Assembly: GCA_963720265.1 (NCBI GenBank)
Contig: CAVRET010000002.1
Span: 200,704-264,703, forward strand
Origin: an uncultured bacterium
GTDB taxonomy: Bacteria > Patescibacteriota > Saccharimonadia > UBA4664
Direction: 5' to 3'
DNA length: 64,000 bases
Shown: positions 39,772 to 49,263 of the stretch, piece after piece
How the letters are laid out: each line of letters opens with the position of its first letter
Position numbering within the stretch: the first letter of the stretch is position 1
The notes under the pieces: model-generated
What the model was told of the DNA's origin: nothing
Databases searched by the model: none
Seen by the model: only the letters and a program-made list of their open reading frames with translations
Program-made: the position numbers and the translations under genes

Positions 39772-40833
39772 CTATAGCGATTGCTTCCAAAAAGCAGTCG
39801 TTCGCTGCAAAAATAACGCCAGGTTCTCCGAGCTTGCTAGTTGGTGGTCGTCTCCCGAATAGGTATAAAGCGTCACCGTCTTGTGCGCCTTCGCGAGCGC
39901 GCTATCAAGTTCGCTTGAAAACGTATACGGCACCACGCTGTCATCCAGGTCTGCGTCAATCTGTACCGGTCCGTGCGCGCCACTCACATAAGTAATGGCC
40001 GACGCTTCGTTCCAAAAACCGGGGTCGCTCTTGGGCGTGCCATACTGCTGTGTCAATGCCTGCAACTCGGCCTGCACAGCAGTTGCCGGTTGGTCATTTG
40101 GCGCCGGCGAGTTCGGCCAATTATAAAACAGATCGTACATCGACCCTACCACGCCGTTTACCAACACCGTCGCCGCTACATTCTGGCTAATAACGGCCAC
40201 ATTCAACGCCACGTGTCCGCCCATACTGTGACCGACCAGTCCAATGTGGGCCGGATTAATCGCCGGATTAGCCCGCAATGATGCAATCAGGTTCATCACG
40301 TCATAGGTATAATCCGGGTCCCAATGCCCGCTCACAGCGCTGCCACCGCTGTCGCCGTTGCCGCGCAAATCCGGCTGCACCACCACAAAGCCGGCCTGCG
40401 CCCAGGGCCCAATCCAGCTCGTGTAGGCATCGGATACTGTATTGTATTCAGCCGGGTCAATATACCCGTGCACGAGCACAATCACCGGCCAACCACCCTT
40501 TGGCATCGACCCATCCGGCTGAGCCCAATATGCATACTCGGTCAAGCCGTCCGAGGTAAATGTCACCACCTTAGCCGAGTAGCCGCCATACATTCCCACC
40601 TGTCGACTCGTTGTAATTGCGCTCGCCGTGTACTCCCGTGTCCGCATGGCCGGGATCGTAATTGGATTGAGGGCCGGTGTCTGGCTCGGCTGAACCGACG
40701 CCGAAGGACGCGCTGTTGTCTGCCCGGCCACCGGCGCCAGCTCCTGTCGCCTAGAGGCCCCCACGGCCGCAGCCGTCAGAATTACGACCACTACGGCTAG
40801 TAACACGTCATGTCGGCCAAACCGGCGCTTCAT
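39772..40833 (-). CDS. Secreted alpha/beta hydrolase (S9 peptidase-like)
   Basis: Signal/TM, VHGY, GHSMGG nucleophile elbow, DSVVP, GDDH. Confidence 0.88.
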   Translation of the reverse strand: MKRRFGRHDVLLAVVVVILTAAAVGASRRQELAPVAGQTTARPSASVQPSQTPALNPITIPAMRTREYTASAITTSRQVGMYGGYSAKVVTFTSDGLTEYAYWAQPDGSMPKGGWPVIVLVHGYIDPAEYNTVSDAYTSWIGPWAQAGFVVVQPDLRGNGDSGGSAVSGHWDPDYTYDVMNLIASLRANPAINPAHIGLVGHSMGGHVALNVAVISQNVAATVLVNGVVGSMYDLFYNWPNSPAPNDQPATAVQAELQALTQQYGTPKSDPGFWNEASAITYVSGAHGPVQIDADLDDSVVPYTFSSELDSALAKAHKTVTLYTYSGDDHQLASSENLALFLQRTTAFWKQSL

Positions 40834-40900
40834 ACGTCAACCCTAACCCGTAATTAGGAAACCGCAAAGCTCAACCCTTAGTTGAACACTCCGATTCTCT

Positions 40901-40936
40901 CAGGAGTCGCGGCCACCTGCGTGGCCGCGACTCCTG
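40901..40936 (-). terminator. GC-rich 16-bp hairpin without U-tract
   Basis: CAGGAGTCGCGGCCAC-CTGC-GTGGCCGCGACTCCTG. Confidence 0.7.
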
Positions 40937-40957
40937 CCGTGTCACCCTCCTTGCTCG

Positions 40958-41290
40958 TCAATGTGATGCCGCCACTGCCGCCAGCGCCCGGCTGCTGGAC
41001 TCACCGATCAGGACACCGACAATGACCCGCCTGCCAAACCAGACCACAGTCTTCACATACTGGAAGACGTACTCCCGCAGTCCCAGCGCACCCGGACCAT
41101 ATACGACGTACCGGTCTTCCTCCGCCCAGCCGAAGCGGGCGTAGGCTGGAGTGCCATCACCCCGTTTCATGAGCTTGTTGTCGGCCGGATCCCAGGCTGC
41201 CACTATCGGGCTGCCACCGGGGGTACGCCGCAATGCGACCCACACTCGATTGTCCGTCGCCTCGACCTTGCTAACGTCTGCGCTTGCCAT
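40958..41290 (-). CDS. Hypothetical protein (accessory cassette, gene 2)
   Basis: MASADVSK..; GAGGGTGAGG upstream; GC3-rich codons. Confidence 0.6.
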   Translation of the reverse strand: MASADVSKVEATDNRVWVALRRTPGGSPIVAAWDPADNKLMKRGDGTPAYARFGWAEEDRYVVYGPGALGLREYVFQYVKTVVWFGRRVIVGVLIGESSSRALAAVAASH

Positions 41291-41319
41291 CCTCACCCTC
41301 CTATTCGCCGTTCCGGCGG

Positions 41320-41622
41320 TCATGTCGCCAGTATTCCGCCGGTTTCGTTGTCCGCAGCAGCCGGTAGGGTCAGCATGCCGACGATGATCGTCGTGCCGCC
41401 GGTCCCGACCAGTCGCTGCTTGAGCCGGAGCGCCACCTGAACCTGACGCCAGTCCAATACGCTGAAAACGTCGTCTCCCAGGTCCTCCCACGAGAAACCG
41501 GAGTAGTCGCGTTCGTCCTCGGCCACCAGGCCACCGCTGTCATCTTCGGCCCAGGGAACAACAACTTTGACGCCGCGATTCCTCTGCAGGGCCACTATCT
41601 GCGGCCCGCTCGGATTGGGCAT
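41320..41622 (-). CDS. Hypothetical protein (accessory cassette, gene 1)
   Basis: Promoter TAGACT-17-TACGGT (41683-41655), SD GGGAGGAGG before ATG 41622. Confidence 0.6.
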   Translation of the reverse strand: MPNPSGPQIVALQRNRGVKVVVPWAEDDSGGLVAEDERDYSGFSWEDLGDDVFSVLDWRQVQVALRLKQRLVGTGGTTIIVGMLTLPAAADNETGGILAT

Positions 41623-41684
41623 AACGTGCCTCCTCCCAACGCGGATGCTGTCGTACCGTAACACATTTAATCAAAAAAGTCTAC

Positions 41685-41722
41685 ATAACCAACGAGGAGC
41701 CAGCTGGCTCCTCGTTGGTTAT
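41685..41722 (-). terminator. Perfect 38-bp palindrome after the MFS gene
   Basis: ATAACCAACGAGGAGCCAG|CTGGCTCCTCGTTGGTTAT. Confidence 0.75.
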
Positions 41723-41734
41723 TCCTCGTACTAC

Positions 41735-43369
41735 TTAGGTTGACGGACGAGTATCAATAACGCGCGCCGGATGCAGCCGTGCGGTCCGGCTGGTATAAAT
41801 ATCATCCACTAGCCGAGCACGGCTCGCTGACACTGCCGCCAGCTCCGTACTCGCACCGGCAATTGCCGGCACCGCTTCAGCCTCCACCTCTTGCGCTTCG
41901 CGGACCTCAGCCCGATTGGGCCTGCGGGCCTTAATCACCACGGCAGCCACCAGACTCGCCGTCACGGCAAACAGTGCCGCGGCCGCAAATCCCCGTTGGA
42001 ACCCGTGTACCAGCGCCGCCGGCACCGCTGCCGCCAGCACTGCCTTGGCCGCGAGCGGGTTTGTAGCACTTGCCGCAGCCGAGGCCGCGTTCGCCAGATC
42101 GGTTTTCGTCACTGACGTCGACACCACACTTAGCACCGCAAGCCCTATCGCCCCGCCAATCTGTTGCCCCGTATTAAGCAGCCCCGAAACCAGCCCCGAT
42201 TCCTCTTGGGATGTGCCGGTCGTGGTCACAATCGTAGTCGTCACAAACACCGCCGCCATACCCGCTGCCATCAAGGCCACGCCCGGGAAAATGTCAGTCC
42301 AATAACTAGCATGCACCGGAAGCCGAGCAAAGTACGCCAGCCCTGCCGCCACCACCAGCGGCGCTATCACCAAGATAGGCTTGGGATTGATCTTGCCAAT
42401 AAACCGTGACAAAACTCCTGCTACGACGATCAGTATGAGGGTAAATGGCACATCCGCCACACCGGTCATGGTCGGCGAATAGCGCAGAATCTGCTGCAGG
42501 TAAATCGACAGGTAAAAGAACATCCCAAATATGGCCGCCGGCATCAGCAACTGAATAGTCGTGCCGCCGCTCACATTCCGCCGCTTAAAGATACTCAACT
42601 TGATGAGCGGCTGCTTGCGCAACAGCTCATTCACAATAAACAGGATCATTAACACGGCCGACAACCCAAACGCACCCAGCGTCACGTCATTGCCCCAGCC
42701 CTTGGTCGGCACCTGCGCCAACGCGTACACCAGGCTCATTAAGCTCCCGGTCACCGTCACCGCACCGGCAATATCCATGCTCGTCCGCGCGGTCGGCAAA
42801 CTCTTGGGCACAAACCTCAGGGAAAGGATCAGTACCACAATCGCAATCGGTACGTTAATAAAGAAGATCCAGCGCCAGTCCACGTACTGGGTCAGCAGGC
42901 CGCCAAGCAAGAGTCCAACTGCTCCGCCACCGCCGGCCACCATGCTCCATAGTCCCAGCGCCCGGTTGCGCTCCTGCCCCTCCTTAAAGATCGTCAGCAC
43001 CAGCGACAGCGCAGATGGTGCCAGCAGCGCCCCGCCCAGTCCTTGCAGCGCCCTAAATGTCACGAGCATAGCCGGGCTTTGCGAAAACCCACCAATCAGC
43101 GACGCCGACGCAAATAACGCCACACCGGCCATAAAGATCCGACGCCGGCCAAACAAATCAGCCAACCGCCCACCGAGCAGCAAGAAACCGCCAAACACGA
43201 GCGCATAGGCCGTTACCACCCACTGTAATTGCGACGCGTTTGTAAAACCAAGCGCCTTTTGGATCGCGGGTAGGGCCACGTTTACGATCGTAGCGTCCAA
43301 AATCACCATAAACTGCGCTGCGGCTAGTACCGCCAGCGCCAATCCCTTATGTTTCACAGCCTCAATCAT
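41735..43369 (-). CDS. DHA2 (EmrB/QacA-type) MFS efflux transporter
   Basis: LDATIVNVALP, GGRLADLFGRRR, WRWIFFINVPI, about 14 TMs. Confidence 0.93.
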   Translation of the reverse strand: MIEAVKHKGLALAVLAAAQFMVILDATIVNVALPAIQKALGFTNASQLQWVVTAYALVFGGFLLLGGRLADLFGRRRIFMAGVALFASASLIGGFSQSPAMLVTFRALQGLGGALLAPSALSLVLTIFKEGQERNRALGLWSMVAGGGGAVGLLLGGLLTQYVDWRWIFFINVPIAIVVLILSLRFVPKSLPTARTSMDIAGAVTVTGSLMSLVYALAQVPTKGWGNDVTLGAFGLSAVLMILFIVNELLRKQPLIKLSIFKRRNVSGGTTIQLLMPAAIFGMFFYLSIYLQQILRYSPTMTGVADVPFTLILIVVAGVLSRFIGKINPKPILVIAPLVVAAGLAYFARLPVHASYWTDIFPGVALMAAGMAAVFVTTTIVTTTGTSQEESGLVSGLLNTGQQIGGAIGLAVLSVVSTSVTKTDLANAASAAASATNPLAAKAVLAAAVPAALVHGFQRGFAAAALFAVTASLVAAVVIKARRPNRAEVREAQEVEAEAVPAIAGASTELAAVSASRARLVDDIYTSRTARLHPARVIDTRPST

Positions 43370-43482
43370 GTGCGTCTCCCGTGCTCAAACTTATTTTGCT
43401 ATTCAGATATTTATTATTACTGAATGTAGTATATCTCAATGTTTGAGGTTGTCAAATATTTAATACGTAGTACAATGAAGAC

Positions 43483-43905
43483 ATGAATATCACGTCTGAA
43501 CAAGTCTGCCAGGATTTACTGGGTTTAATCGGCCGCATCAAGACGAGCCTTGCCAGTCTCTCCGAAAAATACGACCTTACCATCATGCAGGTCCACGCGC
43601 TCTATGCGATCTCACAAGGTGACGCCACCATGGGCCAAGTTGCAACCACCCTGCACTGTGACGCCTCAAACGTTACCGGTATCGTCGACCGCCTGGTGGC
43701 CGGCCACCTCATTACCCGCCAGGAAGGCACCCAGGACCGCCGCACCAAGACCCTCCAGCTCACCGATAAGGGCCACGCCGCCGTAAATGACATCTACGCA
43801 AATCTCCCCGCCCAACTCGGCTGCAGCCGCTTAAGCGACGACGAGCGCACCACCCTCCACGGTATCGTTACCAAACTCATCGCCGACGCGCCGGTTAAGG
43901 CCTAA
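43483..43905 (+). CDS. MarR-family transcriptional regulator
   Basis: CDASNVTGIVDRL..DRRTKTLQLTDKG; divergent from the MFS gene. Confidence 0.93.
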   Translation: MNITSEQVCQDLLGLIGRIKTSLASLSEKYDLTIMQVHALYAISQGDATMGQVATTLHCDASNVTGIVDRLVAGHLITRQEGTQDRRTKTLQLTDKGHAAVNDIYANLPAQLGCSRLSDDERTTLHGIVTKLIADAPVKA

Positions 43906-44045
43906 AAACAACAAAGACCAGAGGTCTCAATAATTCTCGATATTTGAATGCTCAGGTCTCCGCAGGAGCACGAACCCTATCTAACGGGTCCGGGCTCCTG
44001 GGCATAATGTATCTCGAGCGGTCTAGTTGAGTCCGAACTACAAGG

Positions 44046-44399
44046 CTAGATGGCGCCCGTGTAGGCTTTCACAGCCCCCAATTGCTTGCGAAACTCAGAC
44101 CATTGCGCGTCGGCCGAAGCTCTCACGCCCTTCCATGCCACACCTGCAGACGGAAGCCGCGCCTCAGTCTCCCTTGCCTGCTCAGCGTGGACCAGAGTGA
44201 GAAACAGCGCTCGCACGGCATTCGCGGCCTGTTCGGCGAGTTCGTAGGCACCGACGACAGTCGAATCCGCCGCTGCCATGTCACCGACCTGCATGAGTAT
44301 GGCCCTGAGCCGTTCGTCGAGCGCGGTAGCGACGAACCGAATTGCCGGGACACGAATCACGCTACGCTTGGATGCAGCCGCCTCACCAATGTAAAACAA
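44046..44399 (-). CDS. Hypothetical protein or gene fragment
   Basis: Helical ORF with TTG start and a 3' hairpin at 43963-44000; start uncertain. Confidence 0.35.
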   Translation of the reverse strand: MFYIGEAAASKRSVIRVPAIRFVATALDERLRAILMQVGDMAAADSTVVGAYELAEQAANAVRALFLTLVHAEQARETEARLPSAGVAWKGVRASADAQWSEFRKQLGAVKAYTGAI

Positions 44400-44456
44400 G
44401 CCTGCACGAAATTGTCGCGAAGCTCACCTCCGTCGAACCTGCGAACACGCAACACC

Positions 44457-44744
44457 TTACGTTTCTTCCATGTAATCTGCAACTATATTAACAATTTGTT
44501 GGACTTGAGGTGAGCAATTCTTGAACCAGACACAATCATACATGTCATCGCCATATTTCCTGATTGCTTCACTTATCAACGCATGCACAAAGGACTGGGT
44601 CGCTCCCGTGATTCCCTGAAAGTCTAGAGTGATGTCGCCACCTTTTTTAAGCACCGGAAAGATTTCATTTATCCGCAAATCCCGGGCCACATCCTTATTC
44701 TCTGCAAACTGACCAGTTAACCGAAGCAATTTTATTGTTTTCAT
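44457..44744 (-). CDS. STAS-like (DUF4325) protein
   Basis: ITLDFQGITGATQSFVHALI. Confidence 0.8.
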   Translation of the reverse strand: MKTIKLLRLTGQFAENKDVARDLRINEIFPVLKKGGDITLDFQGITGATQSFVHALISEAIRKYGDDMYDCVWFKNCSPQVQQIVNIVADYMEET

Positions 44745-44756
44745 TGTCCTCAAGGG

Positions 44757-45734
44757 TTATATAAAATGCGGACGCTTGTAGCGAGCCTTTCTTCGCTCCC
44801 GCACTGCCGACGAGTAGGCTTTTCTAATCTCCTCCAGGAGGGAAGCAAACTCGCCAATTTTATCTAGAGAAATATCAATCGCCACCAGAGTCCCTTGCAG
44901 AAAAGGTGCCTCGTTAGTTGACGCATGCCTATCTTTGTTAGGATCAGCGTTCAAGCGAATTAACCTTACGTCTGGTCGACGCTTGAGCAAACGGTATACG
45001 CCGCTACCGCTGTAAATCATGAAATAGTCCCTGGTTAGCATCGCGATAGACTTCACAAAGAACAAACCTGCCCCAGCGTTCTCAGCAGTACCCCCCTCCC
45101 TAGTGGTTGTGCCGGATACTCCTGGAACCAAGGCCCACTTTATGGCATCAAGGTCAGACCGCGTGTGATTCGCCCAAACCTTAGCCATTGACTGACGAAT
45201 GCCAATGCCTGTATCGCAAATACCTAAGCGAATAACGTTTGAGTCCTGATAGTACTGAGCAGCAACGATAGCCCCATTTTCGGAATGGGAGTGCTCCAAC
45301 ACATTTCTTACTAGCTCGCCTACCGTGTATTTAATAGCATCGGCCTGAGATGGCTGGGCTTGGAGATGAAGCAGCGGCACAATATCGGATATAAACCTGG
45401 TTTGCTCAATTTGAGACTTAATTTGGGTCAACGGAATGAAGCGACCTGCGGGCTCATGACGCGTAATACTGAAAGGTGAGTCTACCCGAAGGATTTTGAA
45501 CAGCTGCATTCTGTCGAGATAATGGCCTGAGCGTGCTTTTATCTCATCAAAAAGGATTGATTCGAGCTTAACATTGAGACCAAGAGCAGCAACTAAAGTT
45601 AGGATGGCAGGATGCACACTTATCCATTTATCGTTAGTTGTCACCTCTAGCCTTGTTGGCTCTGAGGTATCAAGAAAGCGCAAAAATGAATCAATGTTCC
45701 GCAAATAATCGTTATTAGACAGGTGGACCTTCAT
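44757..45734 (-). CDS. GHKL/HATPase_c (anti-sigma kinase-like) protein
   Basis: ELVRNVLEHS, DTGIGI, NAGAGLFF, GTLV boxes; visibly lower GC. Confidence 0.8.
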   Translation of the reverse strand: MKVHLSNNDYLRNIDSFLRFLDTSEPTRLEVTTNDKWISVHPAILTLVAALGLNVKLESILFDEIKARSGHYLDRMQLFKILRVDSPFSITRHEPAGRFIPLTQIKSQIEQTRFISDIVPLLHLQAQPSQADAIKYTVGELVRNVLEHSHSENGAIVAAQYYQDSNVIRLGICDTGIGIRQSMAKVWANHTRSDLDAIKWALVPGVSGTTTREGGTAENAGAGLFFVKSIAMLTRDYFMIYSGSGVYRLLKRRPDVRLIRLNADPNKDRHASTNEAPFLQGTLVAIDISLDKIGEFASLLEEIRKAYSSAVRERRKARYKRPHFI

Positions 45735-45750
45735 AAGCACTATTTTACCA

Positions 45751-45829
45751 GTAGGTTACGTTCTCAGTCAATACGTAACCTACCGGGTAAGAACCACTAG
45801 GTTACATAATTTCGCAGAACGTAACCTAG
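45751..45829. promoter_or_regulatory. Two inverted-repeat operators (TAGGTTAC core) over the HATPase promoter
   Basis: GTAGGTTACGT..ACGTAACCTAC and CTAGGTTAC..GTAACCTAG. Confidence 0.6.
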
Positions 45830-45993
45830 AGGCAACGACGCGATCGTAAGCAGAACCCATACTGAGCCAGTACAAACCAGAAACTACGCGTTCAACCATT
45901 AACCGTGATAATGCTTACTACTCGATCCGGATGAGCTGTTGTGGCTGAACAAAGGCATAAACGTTTGATCTTCCATTTAGCCCGCGCTAATTC

Positions 45994-47058
45994 CTACTTG
46001 CTATCGGCGTTTTCGTCCATGTCACGCGGTGGAAAGAAGTAGCTAACCGAAGAATCCGCCAGCTGATCCAAAAACAGCTCTCGGAGGTTCGCGAGTGAGC
46101 CTTGTTCATAGAACAAGATCAGTGCGGCCTTATAAGCCTCGATATCCACACTCCGGTATGACAGTGGCGGAAAGCCGTAGGCTAGCAAAACAGCGTTAGC
46201 GAGCAGGCGTGACGTACGCTTATTACCATCAACAAATGCTTGAAGATACGGCAACAGTACCAGGCACGCCATAGCCTTCTCGAGTGGCTGTTCTAACCCA
46301 TTGATCGTATCAATTGCATCACGCATATAGGTATTAAGCTCAGCCTGACTGGCGGGCGGAATGTACACCGTACCCGTAATACCCACCGGCTCGTTGCGCA
46401 GTCCAAACTGCACCTCCAAGCCCTCGACCAGCAACTGATGAATCTCCTCGATCTTACCCTTGGTAAGCATCCGGTAATCCTCCGGGTGCTCCCAGATGTA
46501 ATCAAAGGCTTTTTTGTGATTTAAAATCATCACCGCTTCAAAGTGTTCGTGGCCCGGTGCTTCTTTGGCATCTTGCAGTAGTCGCTCCGTATCGAGCAAC
46601 GTATATGTATTCCCCTCGATCTTTGAGCTCTTCCAACTCAGTTCAATTACAAACCGCTCTCGTTCTTTTTGTGCACTAACAGTATTACCTAGCTCTTGCC
46701 GCCGCTTTACGCCGATTTGGATACCTGTAGGTACGTCGAAAATCGTGCCACGGATAGTTTTAAACAAATCGGGCTCAATGTGCCTGTAGCGGGCCTGGCG
46801 CTGATCTGGTTCCTGGGCTAGATACGCTTTAGCATCCCAAACGACCGCTGTTTTCCCTTTCCCAGTGATGGCATAGACGGTCGCTCGGGCCTCTCCATAC
46901 GTCTCAACATATCCCTGGTCTACTAGCTGGCCGAGCTCACGAATTGTATTAATCCGGCTCTCCCCTGTCGCCTGCTGGATGGCAACACGAGCCAGCTTGT
47001 CGAAGGTGGCAAGCAAACGCAGAATTTTCTTAGAACGATCAGTTATCGTAACATTCAT
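45994..47058 (-). CDS. Fic-domain protein with N-terminal winged helix
   Basis: SSKIEGNT, motif QAFVDGNKRTSR, N-terminal wHTH (ELGQLVDQGYV..GEARATVY). Confidence 0.88.
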   Translation of the reverse strand: MNVTITDRSKKILRLLATFDKLARVAIQQATGESRINTIRELGQLVDQGYVETYGEARATVYAITGKGKTAVVWDAKAYLAQEPDQRQARYRHIEPDLFKTIRGTIFDVPTGIQIGVKRRQELGNTVSAQKERERFVIELSWKSSKIEGNTYTLLDTERLLQDAKEAPGHEHFEAVMILNHKKAFDYIWEHPEDYRMLTKGKIEEIHQLLVEGLEVQFGLRNEPVGITGTVYIPPASQAELNTYMRDAIDTINGLEQPLEKAMACLVLLPYLQAFVDGNKRTSRLLANAVLLAYGFPPLSYRSVDIEAYKAALILFYEQGSLANLRELFLDQLADSSVSYFFPPRDMDENADSK

Positions 47059-47183
47059 ATACTAGTATCGTAGCACGAGTGTTACGATTAGGCAACGCTT
47101 TTGTTACGATTTAGACATTTCGTGACACGTACGGCCCAGAATCATAACATATTGATACGAATAAGCATCTTAAATGTTACGAA
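47045..47183. repeat. Eight-copy operator-like array (TGTTACGAT consensus)
   Basis: Copies at 47045, 47067, 47080, 47102, 47119, 47141, 47153, 47175; same-orientation pairs are 22 bp apart. Confidence 0.7.
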
Positions 47184-47328
47184 GCCAATGCACGCTAACC
47201 ACATGAATTTACACCGTTATAGTCCGCAACTCTGTAAGCCAACCGGATGCAATCTCGGTCCAATACCAAAAAGGGAGTCCTAGGCTCATCTTGGTCGCAC
47301 GTTCTGCACCCATCTGTATAATGTGCGC

Positions 47329-48063
47329 ATGAAGATCATCCAATTAAACCTCTGGCTGGGCCACATCCTTGATGCCGCCCTCGCCTATATCGACCGCGAA
47401 AACCCCGACGTTCTCTGCGCCCAGGAAGTTAATAGTGCCGAGCATGGCTACGGGCTGTTCGCCTCATACCAAACCCACCAGCGGATGTCTGAGCTCTTCC
47501 CGTACCAGTTCTTCGCGCCCACCTATTCATACCAAGCTCTCGGAGAAACAGTTCAGTATGGCAATGCCATCTACTCTCAACTCCCGCTCGAAAACACCTC
47601 GGTCACATTTACAGCCGGGGCTTACAAAGACAACCGCACTATAGGCAGTCGTGGCTTCGAAATCCGCAATCTCCAAGTCTGCGAAGTCAACCATGGAGAT
47701 GGGGTACTCACCATCGCCAACCACCACGGGTATCACACTCCGAGTCCTGAGGACACCGCCGACACCATCGCGTCGATGCACCAGACTGCCAAACGGCTGC
47801 GGCAAGTCAAAACTCCGCTGGTATTATGTGGCGACATGAACGCAGGCCCCACCAGCCGCACGCTCGCCCAACTGGAGCCTTTGGGGCTTCGTAACCTCAC
47901 CGTCGAACATCACATCACCCATACCCTTTCGAGCGTCCACCGGATCAAGGCCGGCGCGGTGAGTGACTACATCCTCGTGAGCCCTAACCTCACCGTTACT
48001 GGGTTCCATGAAGCCAACGAGATAGTGTCCGATCACAAAGCGCTCGCGCTCACACTAGCTTAA
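47329..48063 (+). CDS. Endonuclease/exonuclease/phosphatase (EEP) family protein
   Basis: PDVLCAQE, GNAIYS, LCGDMN, SDYILVS, SDH. Confidence 0.9.
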   Translation: MKIIQLNLWLGHILDAALAYIDRENPDVLCAQEVNSAEHGYGLFASYQTHQRMSELFPYQFFAPTYSYQALGETVQYGNAIYSQLPLENTSVTFTAGAYKDNRTIGSRGFEIRNLQVCEVNHGDGVLTIANHHGYHTPSPEDTADTIASMHQTAKRLRQVKTPLVLCGDMNAGPTSRTLAQLEPLGLRNLTVEHHITHTLSSVHRIKAGAVSDYILVSPNLTVTGFHEANEIVSDHKALALTLA

Positions 48064-48084
48064 TAATCATCTGCCGATCAACCA

Positions 48085-48112
48085 AAGAAGCACCCCAAAA
48101 GAGGTGCTTCTT
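48085..48112. terminator. Bidirectional terminator
   Basis: AAGAAGCACC..GGTGCTTCTT between converging EEP gene and rpoD. Confidence 0.7.
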
Positions 48113-48138
48113 GAGTTTCGTACGTAATCGAGCCGAAA

Positions 48139-49260
48139 CTACCGCAAGTAATCGCGCAGCTTCTTTGACTCGCGGTGCTTGCGCAGCTTCGCCAGCGCTT
48201 TGGCTTCAATCTGGCGGATGCGCTCACGCGTCACGCCAAATTCCTGCCCCACCTCTTCCAAGGTGTGCGAACGGCCGTCTTCCAGCCCAAACCGCATACG
48301 CAAAATCTTTTGCTCGCGCGGGGTCAGCAGCTGTAGTACTGCATTCACGTGCTCCTTTAAGAGCTGATGTGTCGCCGCTTCCTCGGGTGTGAGCGAATCC
48401 TCATCGGCAATAAAGTCGCCCAGCAAGGAATCCTCTTCTTCGCCCACCGGCGCTTCGAGCGAGACAATGTCCTGCTTTATCTTTAAGATGTGATTGACCT
48501 TATCAACGTCCATCTCCATCTCGGCCGCAATCTCTTCCGGCAGCGGCTCGCGGCCCAATTCCTGCACCAACCTGCGTTGCGTGCGGATCAGCTTGTTAAT
48601 CGTCTCCACCATGTGCACTGGAATACGAATCGTGCGGGCTTGGTCCGCAATCGCGCGCGTAATCGCCTGCCGGATCCACCATGTTGCGTAGGTCGAAAAT
48701 TTAAAGCCTTTCGTGTAGTCAAATTTCTCCACTGCGCGCAGCAGTCCGGTGTTGCCTTCCTGAATCAGATCCAGCAAATCGAGCCCGCGACCAATGTACT
48801 TCTTGGCAATCGACACTACCAGCCGCATGTTGGCCTCGGCCATCGCGTCCTTAGCCGCCTTATCACCGTTCGCAATCCGCTTGGCCAGCGCCACTTCCTG
48901 CTCGCTGGTCAAAAGTGGAATCTTACCGATCTCACGCAAATATAGCCGCACCGAGTCGTCGGCAATGTCTTTGTTGTAATCGTCAGCCGTCGCCGCCTCG
49001 GCCTCAGCGTCATCTTCCTCTGTCGCCGCGTCCCAGATCAGCGCATCTTTCTGATCCGTAATTTCAATACCCTGCTCCAACAGCACGGCATAGAGCTCAT
49101 CAAGCTCTTCCAAATTTTCCTCAGCTTCAGGCAAGGCCCCCGCAATTTCTTGCTGGGTCACATAACCCTGCTCTTTGCCTTTCGCTAGCAAACGCTCAAT
49201 CTCGGGCGAGTATCCGCTCGAGCGATCCAGCGTTTCTTCCTCAACAGCTTTTTTCGCCAC
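48139..49260 (-). CDS. rpoD: Primary sigma factor RpoD/SigA
   Basis: [58 protein letters not shown]. Confidence 0.98.
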   Translation of the reverse strand: MAKKAVEEETLDRSSGYSPEIERLLAKGKEQGYVTQQEIAGALPEAEENLEELDELYAVLLEQGIEITDQKDALIWDAATEEDDAEAEAATADDYNKDIADDSVRLYLREIGKIPLLTSEQEVALAKRIANGDKAAKDAMAEANMRLVVSIAKKYIGRGLDLLDLIQEGNTGLLRAVEKFDYTKGFKFSTYATWWIRQAITRAIADQARTIRIPVHMVETINKLIRTQRRLVQELGREPLPEEIAAEMEMDVDKVNHILKIKQDIVSLEAPVGEEEDSLLGDFIADEDSLTPEEAATHQLLKEHVNAVLQLLTPREQKILRMRFGLEDGRSHTLEEVGQEFGVTRERIRQIEAKALAKLRKHRESKKLRDYLR

Positions 49261-49263
49261 TCG

